NCBI GenBank assembly: GCA_964016885.1
Contig: OZ024753.1
Coordinates: forward strand, 14,570,001 to 14,634,000
Direction: 5' to 3'
Source: Eledone cirrhosa
Lineage: Eukaryota
Length of the DNA: 64,000 nt
Position numbers and translations under genes: made by a program. Under the pieces are notes generated by a model, which was not told the DNA's origin, did not search any database, and worked only from the letters and a program-made list of their open reading frames with translations. Shown here one piece after another: positions 50,791 to 64,000 of this stretch (its first letter is position 1; the number at the start of each line of letters is the position of its first letter).

Positions 50791-52441
50791 TATTTTTTTA
50801 AAGTTTATAGCATAGAACTTAATTCGTTTTAAAAAAAAATTGGTCATATGATAAAAACATTGATGGTACATAAAAGAAAAAATATCAAAAAAACATATCA
50901 TTCTGTAAAAAAAATATAAGAAATATTAGTGAGTGCGTGTGGTGTGGTGTAGTGTAGTGTAGTAAACAAAAAAATATATTAAAAAATAAAAAAAGGAACA
51001 TACAGGTTGATAATTTAGTTGAAGGAGCTTGACAAGGATTCTTTAGAGGTGGGAGTGATGTGATCTGATGTGATACACATTACATGTGAGGATATTTAGG
51101 CTATATTTGAAGGTGTTATATACATTGATGGATAACGAGAATTTAGGATGTGGGTCACAAGATATAGGTTTATATTGGGAGTGATCAGATTTGTTGCATT
51201 ATATATAACAATGAATAACATTTACCAGAAGCCAGAAATTCATGAATATTGAAGGTAAAATGATGCAGTCACATCTATCTAGATATATGAAGGGCTGTGT
51301 TAAGTATATGTAGGGAGAGATAGATTACTATTAAGGGAGGTCAACAATAAAAGATTGAATTAGATACAGGGTGCTTGTGTATATGGGGCCAAGGAATTAT
51401 TACACTGTTAGCTGGAATTGTTGCACGTTTTAGGGGTGGGCTGTGTTTATATTGAGATATATTTTGATAGGCAGGTTGTGATGGAAGTGAAGTACAATAC
51501 AGAGAAATACTACAGAAATTTAGGGCTGGTTGGTTTCGGTTCTATAAATGTGGGTTTAAATTAAAATTTGATACTCACATCAATCATCTGTTCTAGGCAA
51601 GATTAAAATAATCTTTGTTAATTTTTGTAAATAATTTAATTGATTTGAATCAACAGATTTTGTTTCTTTTTAAATAAACAATTAGAAGAAATATTTTAAG
51701 GAGGAAATTTAAACCAATTAAAAAAATATATTCTGTTTAATAAGTAAAAGGTAAAGGTACATGATCTTGCAGTTAGTGTTGGTCAGACAATTGTAAGGGT
51801 GTGGGTCTCATACCAAGCAATATGTTGTGGGTTTCAGTAACAAACTGACATCTAGCAGGAAGTCTTGTATTATCATTTAATGGCACAGGAAACAGGGATA
51901 AGTTCTCGACTATTCATCTAACTCATCTCAGCATAGAAAAACAAACAACCATAAAAAACAACAATAAGGAACTGGTAAAGGAATCTTTATATTCTACATT
52001 GCGAGATTTTGTAGCAAGAAGATGGTTTATCTGAGAGAATGAGTAATCTGGCGAATTAAGCAACATTTTCTTACTATGGTTATTTTTCTGTCTTTACTTT
52101 TAACATTTTGTAATGATTTAGCAGAAAGTATCTGAATACAAGTTTGTAGTATTTTTACTAGTTAATTCAAATGTTTATAGTATTTTTACTAATTAATTCA
52201 AATGTTTATAGTATTTTTACTAATTAATTCAAATGTTTATAGTATTTTTACTAATTAATTCAAATGTTTATAGTATTTTTACTAATGGACAAATTGTTGT
52301 GAAAATTTTCAGCATTTGAGTAAACAGTAAGTTTTCATGTGAGGTAGCCATAGAGCTGTTTTTGTACCTTTTAGCAACACCTTACTAATGTGGTTTCACG
52401 TGGTACAGGATATTAAGAATAAATAAATTTTCTTTGGTTAA

Positions 52442-52635
52442 ATAGTGTATATAATCGAATATAAGCCAACACCTCTATTTTATGTTTGAGAAATGGACAA
52501 AAATCTAAACCTTATTGACGTAGAATTTGAAGTTGGTGAAAACTGTCAAAATATTGAGCTGAATGTAAGCCGACCCCTTTCTACCGTCATATTTTGGTCA
52601 CATATTCCTTAACTTATATTCAAGTATATACGGTA
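52442..52635. mobile_element. Degenerate Tc1/pogo-type MITE
   Basis: TIR-like TAGTGTATATAATCGAATATAAGC / ACTTATATTCAAGTATATACGGTA. Confidence 0.5.
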
Positions 52636-52787
52636 CTTGTTTCTATGTATAATACTAGTTAGATTACGACTGTTGACTTTCTATACACAGAGTGAGTATC
52701 AATTGATGGTGTGACACCGATAACAAACTTATTTGATCTAAAACAGGTTTCAAGTGAAAGAAGATTGAAAAAGTCCTGGTCTATCAC

Positions 52788-53625
52788 ATCATCATCATCG
52801 TCGTTTAACGTCTATCTTCCACGCTAGCATGGGTTTAGACGGAAATTGTCCCACGTGAGGCAAGATTGGTTGTCTTGCTCGTATAGGACTGTCTGTCTGG
52901 CAGGTTTTCTACGGCTGGATGCCCTTCCTAACACCAACCACGTTTACAGTGTGGACTAAGAGGTTTTTACCGTGTTACCTACACGGCCACATTACAGTGT
53001 GGACTGTGTGTGTTTTTTTGTCATGACACCTACACGACCTCATTTATTTAGGACTGGATGTTGTGGCACCAACATAACATTAGGTGTAGGTGGGAGGTAA
53101 GGGTAGTGGAGTGGGGTGTATTTTTGGTTAGGAGGTGCCTACTGACTGTAGGTTTCACTTTGTACTTAGGCAAGGCGGGTCTTCTGTATTACTGCGTAGC
53201 GCCAAAGATCTTGGTCCAGTGACATTGTCTTGGAGAGGTGTAAGTGTGTAAGGTCAGAATTTATCAAATCGTCCCAGGTTTTTCAGTGTCTACCTACTCC
53301 GTAGCTTCCGTCTATTTTAATTGCCCTGCACTTTTTTATACAGCTGTCGTCTTTCATGTGCATCACGTGACCATACGAACGTAGTCTTCTCTCGAGTAAA
53401 CAGCATCTGATCCCTCTTATTCCTAATTTCTCACTTAGTTCATTTATGCTTTGCCGTTCACGTATATTACTATTACACATCCAATGGAGCATGCAAGCTT
53501 CATTCCTCTCCAGTCTGCGTAGATCCTCTGCAGACAATGCCCATGTCTCACTGCCATGTAACATTGCTGTTCGTATGCAGGCATCATACAGTCTGCCTTT
53601 CATTTTTAGGGAGAAACCTTTAGCG
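52788..53625 (-). pseudogene. RTE LINE 3' fragment with premature stop
   Basis: ORF 53283-53603 matches RTE C-terminus; same GRH-stop lesion as the 11900-12100 piece; 3'UTR and tail to 52788. Confidence 0.88.
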
Positions 53626-54371
53626 GTTTATCAGAAATTATATTTGACTCATGGAATTTGTATGAGGTATTGTTATTTGGTCTATATTGGAGATTGTCAA
53701 CTACATCACCCCCAGTATTTAAGTGGTATGTTATCTCATTAATCTGGGAAGGATGAAGGACAAACCTAACCTTGTCAGATATATGGGTCAGGGATGGTTT
53801 GGGAAAGTCATTACAATGCAAGTTAGCAATACATTACTGAATACTAAAGAATCATCATCTTCATTATAATTGTAACTATCTTACGCTTATTTTCCATACA
53901 TGCACAGGTGAGAAGGGTTGCTTATCAGATGCTATGACAATTAAAATTATAACACATACATCTCTTAAATCTGCTCCAAACAAGTCAATCCGATCGATTT
54001 TTTAAGTCTCTCATATGGTTACATCTTTGATAAATAAATAATATCAAAATCTCATAGATTTGATATTATGTGAGATAAAGCCTTTACCATGAAATATAAT
54101 AGTAAATATAGAGTAATGTAAATGCTAAAGGGTTAAAGAAGGTATTCAATATGGTGGACTTCTACAGGACTAGAACTGTTTCATTCCAGTGGCGAAGGGT
54201 AACCTGGAAAGCAGAGCATGCAGTCCAATCGCCAAGGTGGAAAGCGGTCAAAGCCGCATTTAGTGTTATCTAGTGTGTGTGTGTGTGTGTTATCTTTTTA
54301 TGTGTCTACGATTTAGCAAGCAGCCAAAATTCTGCTTGCTTCAACCGACGCTGTCGTGTGTTTGTGCGTTT

Positions 54372-54426
<55 letters not shown>

Positions 54427-55009
54427 CTTTTTATGTGTCTACGATTTAGTAAGCAGCCAACATTCTGCTTGCTTCAACCGATGCAATTGATCAACTCAAG
54501 ATTCTATGATGCATGCACGCACCCTTCGCCCCTATTTCATTCGTATGAAATAGTTCTATTACTATAGAAGTCATTTCTATGTAAAATGCTTATGGATATG
54601 CTTATGTATGTTTTTATATGTATAGCCATAATTCTATTTGCGTGTGTTTATAAGCAGTACCACACACTTCATCACAATATGTTACACAGTTTAATAATGC
54701 TGTTTTTATGTATATAAATTGTATTATTTAAAAATTCATACATAATTGTCAAAGTGTAAATTTATTCTGGATATTTCAGAAAAAAAAAAATATTTCTATT
54801 GCTACCCTGAATTTAGAAAAAAAAATTTTTCCATGATGTAACAAGTTTCTTAGTTTGAATTTAAATTCAAATGTAATTTGTTGCTTTCAAAATGTCCATT
54901 GAATTACAATTCCACCTCAGGTTAAGAAGCAAATTATTACTAGCATAAATAATAATAAAAGTTGTATTAAAAACAGAAATAATATTAATAAAAAATATTA
55001 ATATTAATA

Positions 55010-55159
55010 ATAATAGTAGTAGTAGTGGTGGTAGTAGTAGTGGTGGTAGTAGTAGTAGTAATTGCAGTAGTTGTAGTAGTTGTAGTGGTAGTAGTGGTAG
55101 TAGTAGTAGTAGTAGTAATTGCAGTAGTAGTAGTAGTAGTAATTGCAGTAGTTGTAGTG

Positions 55160-55195
<36 letters not shown>

Positions 55196-55212
55196 ATAGC
55201 GGTAGTAGTAGT
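55010..55212. repeat. (TAG)n microsatellite
   Basis: Visible directly. Confidence 0.9.
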
Positions 55213-55497
55213 TACAATAGAATGATGATGTAGAAATACATACAATACCAGGCACAGAAAATAGCACTATTAGACAATACACACATATTACAAGGATTAT
55301 GTTTAGTAAAATATAAACACTACCCACCAGACAACACTCCATGTACCTAAAGCACCCAGAGCTGTGCTCGGTAATGCAATGAGAGCATACACTGAAAATA
55401 TCATGTTAATGATAATAAAATTAATTTTTGTATGAATTATTTCTTATAGTTAAAAGCAATTTAGAGTGAAATGTTTTTTGTTTTTGGAAAATGTCAT

Positions 55498-57870
55498 AAT
55501 ATTGTTTTTATTTTGGCACAAGGCCAGTAATTATCCTAGTGCATTACTGGTACTTTATTTTATCGATTCCGTAAAGATAAATGGCAAAGTTAGCATCGGT
55601 GGGATTTGAACTCAAACCATAATGGGCTATAACTCTATGCTGCAAAGGATGGCATCCGCCCCTCTACCGATTCTGTTCTGCCAATTGAGAAGTAAAAACT
55701 AGTAATATATATATATATATATATATATAGGAAAAAGTTTGACCCCGACGGCAGAGCTCAAGCCGTTTCGACGGCTATTTCTGGTCCAGAAATAGCCGTC
55801 GAAACGGCTGGAGCTCTGCCGTCGGGGTCATACTTTCTCCTATTACCCACTCTACTACCCTAAGTATTGAGTACTCTGGTGTGTTATGGTCCATCTTGTT
55901 CCTTACCACACCTCCTTCATTATATATATATATAGGGAAAACAGTCAGGACCCCGACAGCCGAGCTCCGCCCGTTTCGACAGCTAGAGTTCAGATCTAAC
56001 TGTCGAAACGGCTGGAGTTCAGCCATAGGGGTCCTGACCTTTTGCCTATTACCCACTCTACTACCCTAAGTATTGAGTACTCTGGTGCGTTATGATCCAC
56101 CTGGTATCTTACCACACTTTCTTTGATATATATATATATATATATATATACGAGGATTGGCTGAAAGGTTCATAGGGAGACTATAAAGGAGTGATTCTAG
56201 TGATCCTATTAAGGACTGCATTGTTTCTTCCAAAGGACTCATCATCCTCACTCCCGTTTTACGGCCATTTTTCTATGCTAGCATGGCTTAAACGAGTTGT
56301 CCTGTTGGGCTGTGCTCGGTAATGCAATGATGATGCACAATAAAAATAAAATTTAAGCACAAGATCAATAATTTTGGGCATGGGGAAAGTCAATTAAATC
56401 AACCTCAGTACATTAATGGTACTTTATTTTATTGACCTCATAATGAGGAAAGACAAAGCTAACTAAGGCAGGATTTTAACTCAGAATGTAAAGGGGACAT
56501 AACTATATGCCACAAAATATGGTGTCCAATGCCCTATTGATACTGCCAATCAACCACCTTTATAATATAATACATAATGATTGGAGGACTACGAGACTGT
56601 GTCAGAGCTGTTTTTTTTCTGAATACATTATTAAAATAAGTTGGATTACTTTCAATAAATCATGAATGAATGTTAAGTATTCTATGTACTAAATTTTGTA
56701 GCTCTTTATTAAGCATAAATATTCTTATATTTAAAGTATTGCTTATTTTAAGATTCACTTCTTTTAAAATTTACAAATGTCTACACATCCGGTTAGCGTC
56801 CATTATATCATAACACTTATCATATTGCTTATATAAATGTTCATATATTTGTATCATTATATCATAACGTTTATATTTCAGCAGTTAATTTTCTCCGTTT
56901 TTGTTTTCATTACATTTCACTGTAATACAGTTTATATATAATATCGTCTTTTTTTAATGTATCATGGATTACTTTACTGATTACAGAAGACAGTGTAACA
57001 CAGTCTCTCTTCAATTTCTGTGTATATTGTCAATTACGATTTTATTTGAGTATCATATCTACATGCATGTATATTTGCATATAATATCAATATACACACT
57101 ACACATGCTAGCAGATAACCCCTGAAGGGTGGTTTTTCTGCTAGTAATAATAATAATTCTTTCTACGTTTGGCACAAGGCCAGCAATTACGCAGTGCATT
57201 ACTGGTACTTTATTGTATCGACCCCGTAAGGATGAAAGGCAAAGTTGACCTCGGCGGGATTTGAACTCAGAATGGCAAGGGCCGTAACTCCATGCGTCAA
57301 AGCATGGCGTTTGACCCTCTACTATTACTGCCAATCCATAATAATAATGGTTTCCGATTTAGGCACAAGGCCAGCAATTTTTGGAGGAGGGGGAAATAGA
57401 CTCCAGCACATTACAGGTGCTTTATGTTATCAAGCCTGTAAGGGTAAAAGGCAAAGCTAACCTTGGCGAGATTGAAATCAGAATCTAAAGGGCCGTAACT
57501 CCATGCCGTAAAGCATGTTGTCCAATGCATTGTCCAATAATCTATCAATAATGCTAATCCAGCAGATTTCTTCCAGAGAAGGGTTAGAAAGTGAGAGAGG
57601 TGAAAAGAGAAAGAGATATAGGGGAGAAATTGACCCCAGTACGTGACTGGTACTTTTGTTTTTATCGACCTTGAAATGATGAAATAGAAATACTAATAAT
57701 TGTTTCTACTTTTGGCACAAGGCCAGCAATTACCCCAGTGTATTACTGGTACTTTATTTTATCAACCCCATAAGAATGAAAGGCAAAGTTAACCTGTGCA
57801 GGATTTGGACTCAGATCATAAAGCGCCGTAACTCTATGCAGCAAAACATGGCGTCCGAAATACTAATAAT
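55498..57870 (-). mobile_element. SINE family C copies at about 55498-55690, 56360-56560, 57150-57340, 57345-57540, 57690-57870
   Basis: Reverse complement of SINE C core and tail at each position. Confidence 0.7.
55729..56125 (+). mobile_element. Two tandem hairpin-plus-tail elements (55729-55920, 55933-56125) separated and flanked by (TA)n
   Basis: About 115-nt GC-rich fold-back then about 80-nt tail TACCCACTCTACTACCCTAAGTATTGAGTACTCTGGTG...CTTACCACAC. Confidence 0.7.
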
Positions 57871-58559
57871 AATCTAACAGTATGTTTGGGGGGCGCTTCT
57901 GTATGGAATGAAAAAAACTAAATTTTCAGCTCACAATGATGCAAGTTTAGCTAGCCTCCTACATGGTTGTAACTCATAGGAGGTTCCTCAGGTGTTTTAA
58001 TGGTAGGGACACCAATCCTATCATGAAAAACTGTGAAATAAACACAATGTGTGACCTGGTCTAGGAATTGGGCCCACAACTTATGACTGAGCATCCAACA
58101 CTCTAAATCTAGGCATGAACTTCTAGGAACTGGGCCCACAGCTTATGACTATGCAGTCAAGACCCTAACTCTGGGTCACAAACTAAGTGGTCCCACACCT
58201 TATGACTGAGCATCCAACACCCTAAATCTATGCATGAACTTCTGGAAGAATTGGGCCATCAACCTCTGTATGGTCATGATTCAATCAACTAGATATTTTA
58301 AAAAAAATTAATCAATAACTAAAACAAAAAGGTAAGAAATAATTGTGTGAAGTCGTTAATAAATCTATGATCATTAAGAGAGAAATATTGGTTTGGAATA
58401 TAATTACATTAATTACTTTTTAAAAATCGACCTCACCCCGCCACCCGCCATAAAAATAACAAACAATATAATATTTTCTCTATTATTTTGACTTAATAAT
58501 GTTTTATTAAATTATAATGTTTTATTACTGTTGTAATGTGCAGAGATATTGCATCGCAA

Positions 58560-59135
58560 TGGCAGTAATGAAACTGTATAAAACAGTGATAAAACTGTAT
58601 AAAACAGTAATGAAACTGTATAAAACTGTAATAAAACGGTATAAAACAGTAATAAAACTGTAATAAAACTGTATAAAACAGTAATAAAAAGTTATAAAAC
58701 AGTAATAAAACTGTATAAAACTATAATAGAACAGTATAAAACTGTACAAAACAGTAATAAAGAAACAAAACTGCTTTTGGGGCGGGGGAGTACGGGGTAG
58801 GGGGTGATTGGTTTTCATTCAATTAGAAGACCACTTTCATTCAATTAGAGGGAGAATCCTATGAATGAGAAAATATTACCAAATCAATATACTCCACCAC
58901 CACAAACACTACAACAGCCACCACCACCACCAGAAACACTGCTACCATCACAACCACCACCACCACCACCAGAAACATCACCACAAACACGGCCACCACC
59001 ACAACCACCACTGCCACCACAAACACTACCACCACCACCACCACTACTGCCACCACAAACACTACCACTGCCACCACCACCACCACCACCACAAACACTA
59101 CCACTGCCACCACCATTGCCACAATTACTATCACC
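58560..59135. repeat. About 21-22-bp AT-rich repeat (58560-58760) and (CCA)n-rich repeat (58895-59135)
   Basis: AATAAAACTGTATAAAACAGT units; CCACCACCACAAACACTA units. Confidence 0.85.
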
Positions 59136-59167
59136 ACAAGCACCAAATCCCAATTCAGGTTCCTATG

Positions 59168-60833
59168 TCTGGCCATACTGGGGCATGTGGGCCTTTATTC
59201 AACCCCTCCCTGGTTGACCACCTCTGCTCTCCATCTCTGGCCATACTGGGGAATAAGGGCCTTTATTTAACCCCTCCCTGGTTAACTTCCACTGCTTCCA
59301 ATCTCTGACCATAGTGGGGCATAAGGGCCTTTATTTAACTCCTCCCTAGTTGACTTCCATTGCTTCCAATCGCTGGCCATTGTGGGGCATAAGGGCCTTT
59401 ATTTAACCCCTCCCAGATTGACTTCAACTGCTTCCAATCTCTGGCCATAGTGGGGTATAAGAGCCTTTATTTAACCCCTCCCAGATTGACTTTAACTGCT
59501 TCCAATCTCTGGCCATAGTGGGGTATAAGAGCCTTTATTTAACCCCTCCCAGATTGACTTCAACTGCTTCCAATCGCTGACCATAGTGGGGCATAAGGGC
59601 CTTTATTTAACCCCTCCCTGGTTGACTTCAACTGCTTCCAATCGCTGACCATAGTGGGGCATAAGGGCCTTTATTTAATCCCTCCCAGGTTGACTTCAAC
59701 TGCTTCCAATCTCTGGCCATAGTGGGGTATAAGAGCCTTTATTTAACCCCTCCCTGGTTAACTTCCACTGCTTCCAATCGCTGACCATAGTGGGGCATAA
59801 GGGCCTTTATTTAACCCCTCCCTGGTTGACTTCCACTGCTTCCAATCGCTGACCATAGTGGGGCATAAGGGCCTTTATTTAACCCCTCCCAGGTTGACTT
59901 CAACTGCTTCCAATCTCTGGCCATAGGGGGGCATAAGGGCCTTTATTTAACCCCTCCCAGGTTGACTTCAACTGCTTCCAATCTCTGGCCATACTGGGGA
60001 ATAAGGGCCTTTATTTAACCCCTCCCTGGTTGACTTCCACTGCTTCCAATCTCTGGCCATAGTGGGGCATAAGGGCCTTTATTTAACCCCTCCCTGGTTG
60101 ACTTCCACTGCTTCCAATCTCTGGCCATAGTGGGGCATAAGGGCCTTTATTTAACCCCTCCCTGGTTGACTTCCACTGCTTCCAATCTCTGACTATAGTG
60201 GGGCATAAGGGCCTTTATTTAACCCCTCCCTGGTTAATTTCCACTGCTTCCAATCTCTGACCATAGTGGGGCATAAGGGCCTTTATTTAACCCCTCCCTG
60301 GTCGACTTCCACTGCTTCCAATCTCTGGCTATAGTGGGGCATAAGGGCCTTTATTTAACCCCTCCCTGGTTGACTTCCACTGCTTCCAATCTCTGACTAT
60401 AGTGGGGCATAAGGGCCTTAATTTAACCCCTCCCTGGTTAATTTCCACTGCTTCCAATCTCTGACCATAGTGGGGCATAAGGGCCTTTATTTAACCCCTC
60501 CCTGGTCGACTTCCACTGCTTCCAATCTCTGGCTATAGTGGGGCATAAGGGCCTTTATTTAACCCCTCCCTGGTTGACTTCCACTGCTTCCAATCTCTGA
60601 CTATAGTGGGGCATAAGGGCCTTTATTTAACCCCTCCCTGGTTAATTTCCACTGCTTCCAATCTCTGACCATAGTGGGGCATAAGGGCCTTTATTTAACC
60701 CCTCCCTGGTCGACTTCCACTGCTTCCAATCTCTGGCTATAGTGGGGCATAAGGGCCTTTATTTAACCCCTCCCTGGTTGACTTCCACTGCTTCCAATCC
60801 CTGGCCATACTGGGGCATGTGGGGCTTTATTTA
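59168..60833. repeat. 68-bp minisatellite, about 24 copies, with a 204-bp trimer repeated three times near the 3' end
   Basis: Unit CCATAGTGGGGCATAAGGGCCTTTATTTAACCCCTCCCTGGTTGACTTCCACTGCTTCCAATCTCTGG; period 59581 to 59649. Confidence 0.95.
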
Positions 60834-61216
60834 AAAGATCAGGTTGAAGAAAACAATGTCTTTAAGTAACTTCTGTAAACATTGTAAACAACCGCCAGTA
60901 TCTTTCCTATAATTAATTTACTGCTGGTTTGAAAAGTTAATTTTTTATTTTCAATTTTTTTGTTTGAAATAGAAATAATTGTCTGTTGATTATAGGAAAG
61001 TAATATTTTAATTATACACATGCACCACATATATACATATACATATTTATATATATATATATATATATATGTGTATATGTATACATACACATATGTATAC
61101 ATACACACACACACACATATGTATACATACACACACACATATATACATACACATATGTATACATACACATACACACACATATGTATACATACACACACAC
61201 ACATATATGTATACAT

Positions 61217-61261
<45 letters not shown>

Positions 61262-61270
61262 CAAATACAT

Positions 61271-61300
<30 letters not shown>

Positions 61301-61305
<5 letters not shown>

Positions 61306-61938
61306 ATAGACGGTAGCCACGGAGTAGGCAGACCCAGAAAAACTAAAGATAGACGGTAGCCACGGAGTAGGCAGACCCAGAAAAACTAAAGATAGACGGT
61401 AGCCACGGAATAGGCAGACCCAGAAAAACATGGGACGAGCTGATAAATTCCGACCTCACACGCTTACACCTCTCCAAGACAATGTCACTGGACCGAGACC
61501 TTTGGCGGTACTCAGTAATAGAGAAGACCCGCCTTACCTAAATACAAAGTAAAAACCTACTACAGTCAGTAGGCACCTCTATCAAAACACACCCCCGTCC
61601 CACTACCCCCACCCCACCCACACCACCCCTTTCAATGTAAAGTTATGTTGGTCCCACAACATCCAGGCCGAAAAAAATGAGATCGTGTAGGTGTCACGAC
61701 AAAAAACACACAGTCCACGCTGTAAATGTGGCCGTGTAGGTAACACGGTAAAAACCTCCCAGTTCCACACTGTAAATGTGGTTGGTGTTAGGAAGGGCAT
61801 CCAGCCGTAGAAAACCCGCCAGACAGTCCTATGCGAGCAAGACAACCACTCTTGCCTCAAGTGGGAAAACCCCCGTCCAAACCCATGCAAGCGTGGAACA
61901 CGGACGCTAAACCTGATGATGATGATGATGATGATGAT
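61301..61938 (+). mobile_element. RTE 3' fragment with triplicated 43-bp 5' end
   Basis: TAAAGATAGACGGTAGCCACGG...CCCAGAAAAAC at 61301, 61344, 61387; rest nearly identical to 46998-47550. Confidence 0.88.
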
Positions 61939-62347
61939 AAATACATATATATACATATATATATATATAAATACATATATATACATATACACATATATAT
62001 ATCATCATCATCATTTAACGTCCATCTTCCATGCTAGCATGGGTTAGATGGTTTTGTTCCATTTGTTGCGGGACCGGTTGGGAGACCTTGGCTCGCTCGT
62101 ACGAAACTGTCTCTGTATATATATAAATACACACATATATATATATAAATACACACACATATATATATATACACACATATATACATATATATATATGTAT
62201 ATACACATATATATATAAGAGAAGACATGTGTTAGTATGGTGATGTGGTCCACATGGATGAGACCTTAACAGTTCAGATTCCATTTGGAACCTGAACCCT
62301 TAAGATCTTCTAACTGGATATGTCACTATTTATAAAACAAATTTTTG

Positions 62348-62408
62348 TATTTTATCTGATGAGAGCGTACCAAAGTTTTGGCCCGCTTGAAATATATATA
62401 ATAGAATA
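62348..62408 (+). ncRNA. Type I minimal hammerhead ribozyme (family H2) within element about 62280-62540
   Basis: Stem I TATTTTAT / ATAGAATA; CTGATGA 62356-62362; stem II GAGCG / CGCTT; GAAA 62389-62392; palindromic ATATATAT; cleavage after AUA (62400). Confidence 0.72.
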
Positions 62409-62542
62409 AATATGATTTTATAAATATAATTTCCATTTATTAATATCATTGATTTTATACTCCAGAAAATCTGTTGAGTGCTTCGAATCTGTTATAAATA
62501 TATTTGTGGAATTACCAACAAATTAAATATCTCTTTACTTAT

Positions 62543-62900
<358 letters not shown>

Positions 62901-63509
62901 GAGACAGAGAGTTGGGTTAGAAACATATATAAGCTCTTCTCTTAGCCTTTATAGGTTTGTTAACCAGATTAAAGATTATGAGGGATTAAAAGATTACCTG
63001 TCAACAACCCATTGCCAGTACCTGTTAATCTCAGACTACTGTATTAAACATGCATCTACTTACATATATATATATACAATGGTTCTTATAGTCATCATCA
63101 TCATCAACACCAGCAATGCCAACATCAATATCGTTTTATATTCAATGTCATGTATGTGTTTATCATCATCATCATCACCACCATTATTATCAACAACACT
63201 TCCACCACCATAAACATCATCAACATCACCCGCCCCCACTGCTATCATCATCACCACAACAACCACCACCACTATCATCCACAACATCAACACCACCCCC
63301 ATCATCATCATCATCAATACCATCATCAGTTGAGAAAACTGGGTAAAGTACCTCTGAGATGGACACAAAGTGGACATAGACACCTTTATGTCCATTTCTG
63401 AGTCACTTTCCCCAATTTTCTCAACTACTATTTATAATGAATGATGTTTTAAATTCCCACAACCCTTCTTAAGTACACTGCTTTGTTTCACTCTCTCTTT
63501 CCCTATATA

Positions 63510-63855
63510 TCATTTCATCATTTCATTTCATTTTACGTCCGCTTTTTCCCTGCTTGCAACGGTGGGACGGGAACCGATTCTGGCTTGATATCTACAGCTG
63601 GATGCCCTTCCTAACACCAACCTCATTTACAGTGAGTGCTGGGTGCTTTTTTGCCGTGGCGCCTATACGACCACTTTGCAGTGGAATGATAGGGACTCCA
63701 GTCCCTATCATCTCATTTCTACAGCTGAGTAAACTGGAGCAATGTGAAATAAAGTGTCTTGCTCAAGGAAACAACACATCACCCGGCCTGAAAATTGAAC
63801 TCTCAACCTTTCGATTGCAAGCCTAATGCTCTAACCACTAAGCCATGTGCCTCTA
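63510..63855 (-). mobile_element. SINE family A, full length
   Basis: Consensus-like. Confidence 0.88.
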
Positions 63856-63864
63856 TATATATAT

Positions 63865-64000
63865 ACAGAAGACCCGCCTTGCCTAAATACAAAGCGAAAC
63901 CTACAGTCAGTACGCACCTCTTAACCAAATATACACCCCTATCACCCCTCCACACACACACACCTACCAACACCACCCTTTCTCTGTAAAGTTATGTTGG
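63865..64000 (+). mobile_element. RTE ORF end and 3'UTR, cut by window edge
   Basis: ACAGAAGACCCGCCTTGCCTAAATACAAAGCGAAACCTACAGTCAG as at 12902 and 47132. Confidence 0.75.

Noticed and set aside
58859-59308. Pro-, His-, Val- and Gly/Cys-rich ORFs resembling structural proteins
   Set aside because: Overlapping frames of one (CCA)n-rich repeat; no splice or domain evidence.

Overview
AT-rich, repeat-saturated metazoan DNA with no recognisable host protein-coding exon, rRNA or true tRNA gene. The SINE families, RTE LINEs and huge (TA)n tracts suggest an octopus/coleoid cephalopod (inference). Nearly all listed ORFs are microsatellite or minisatellite artefacts. Real coding remnants: a 5'-truncated Penelope-like element (RT + C-terminal GIY-YIG, Naiad-like, 32209-34200 minus) with an inverted second arm; a near-complete frameshifted RTE LINE (APE, RT, embedded PHD finger, 44190-47550) with many 3' fragments; and a CR1-group ORF2 3' fragment. 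The most notable signal is a set of type I minimal hammerhead ribozyme (HHR) motifs, most in (TA)n context: four in an apparently identical 310-bp tandem array (non-LTR retrozyme) between Penelope terminal repeats, four in the Penelope terminal repeats, and solo ones at about 4.2, 19.6/19.8, 50.0 and 62.4 kb, plus a decayed pair at 18.7 kb. Several share the Penelope-type layout of inverted arm, direct arm and unpaired tail. This points to a (TA)n-targeting autonomous Penelope plus several non-autonomous ribozyme RNA families. Also present: Helitron-like elements (one carrying a 27-bp satellite), hAT, mariner, Tigger and piggyBac-like MITEs, four SINE families and many minisatellites. All structures were read by eye; nothing was computed or searched.
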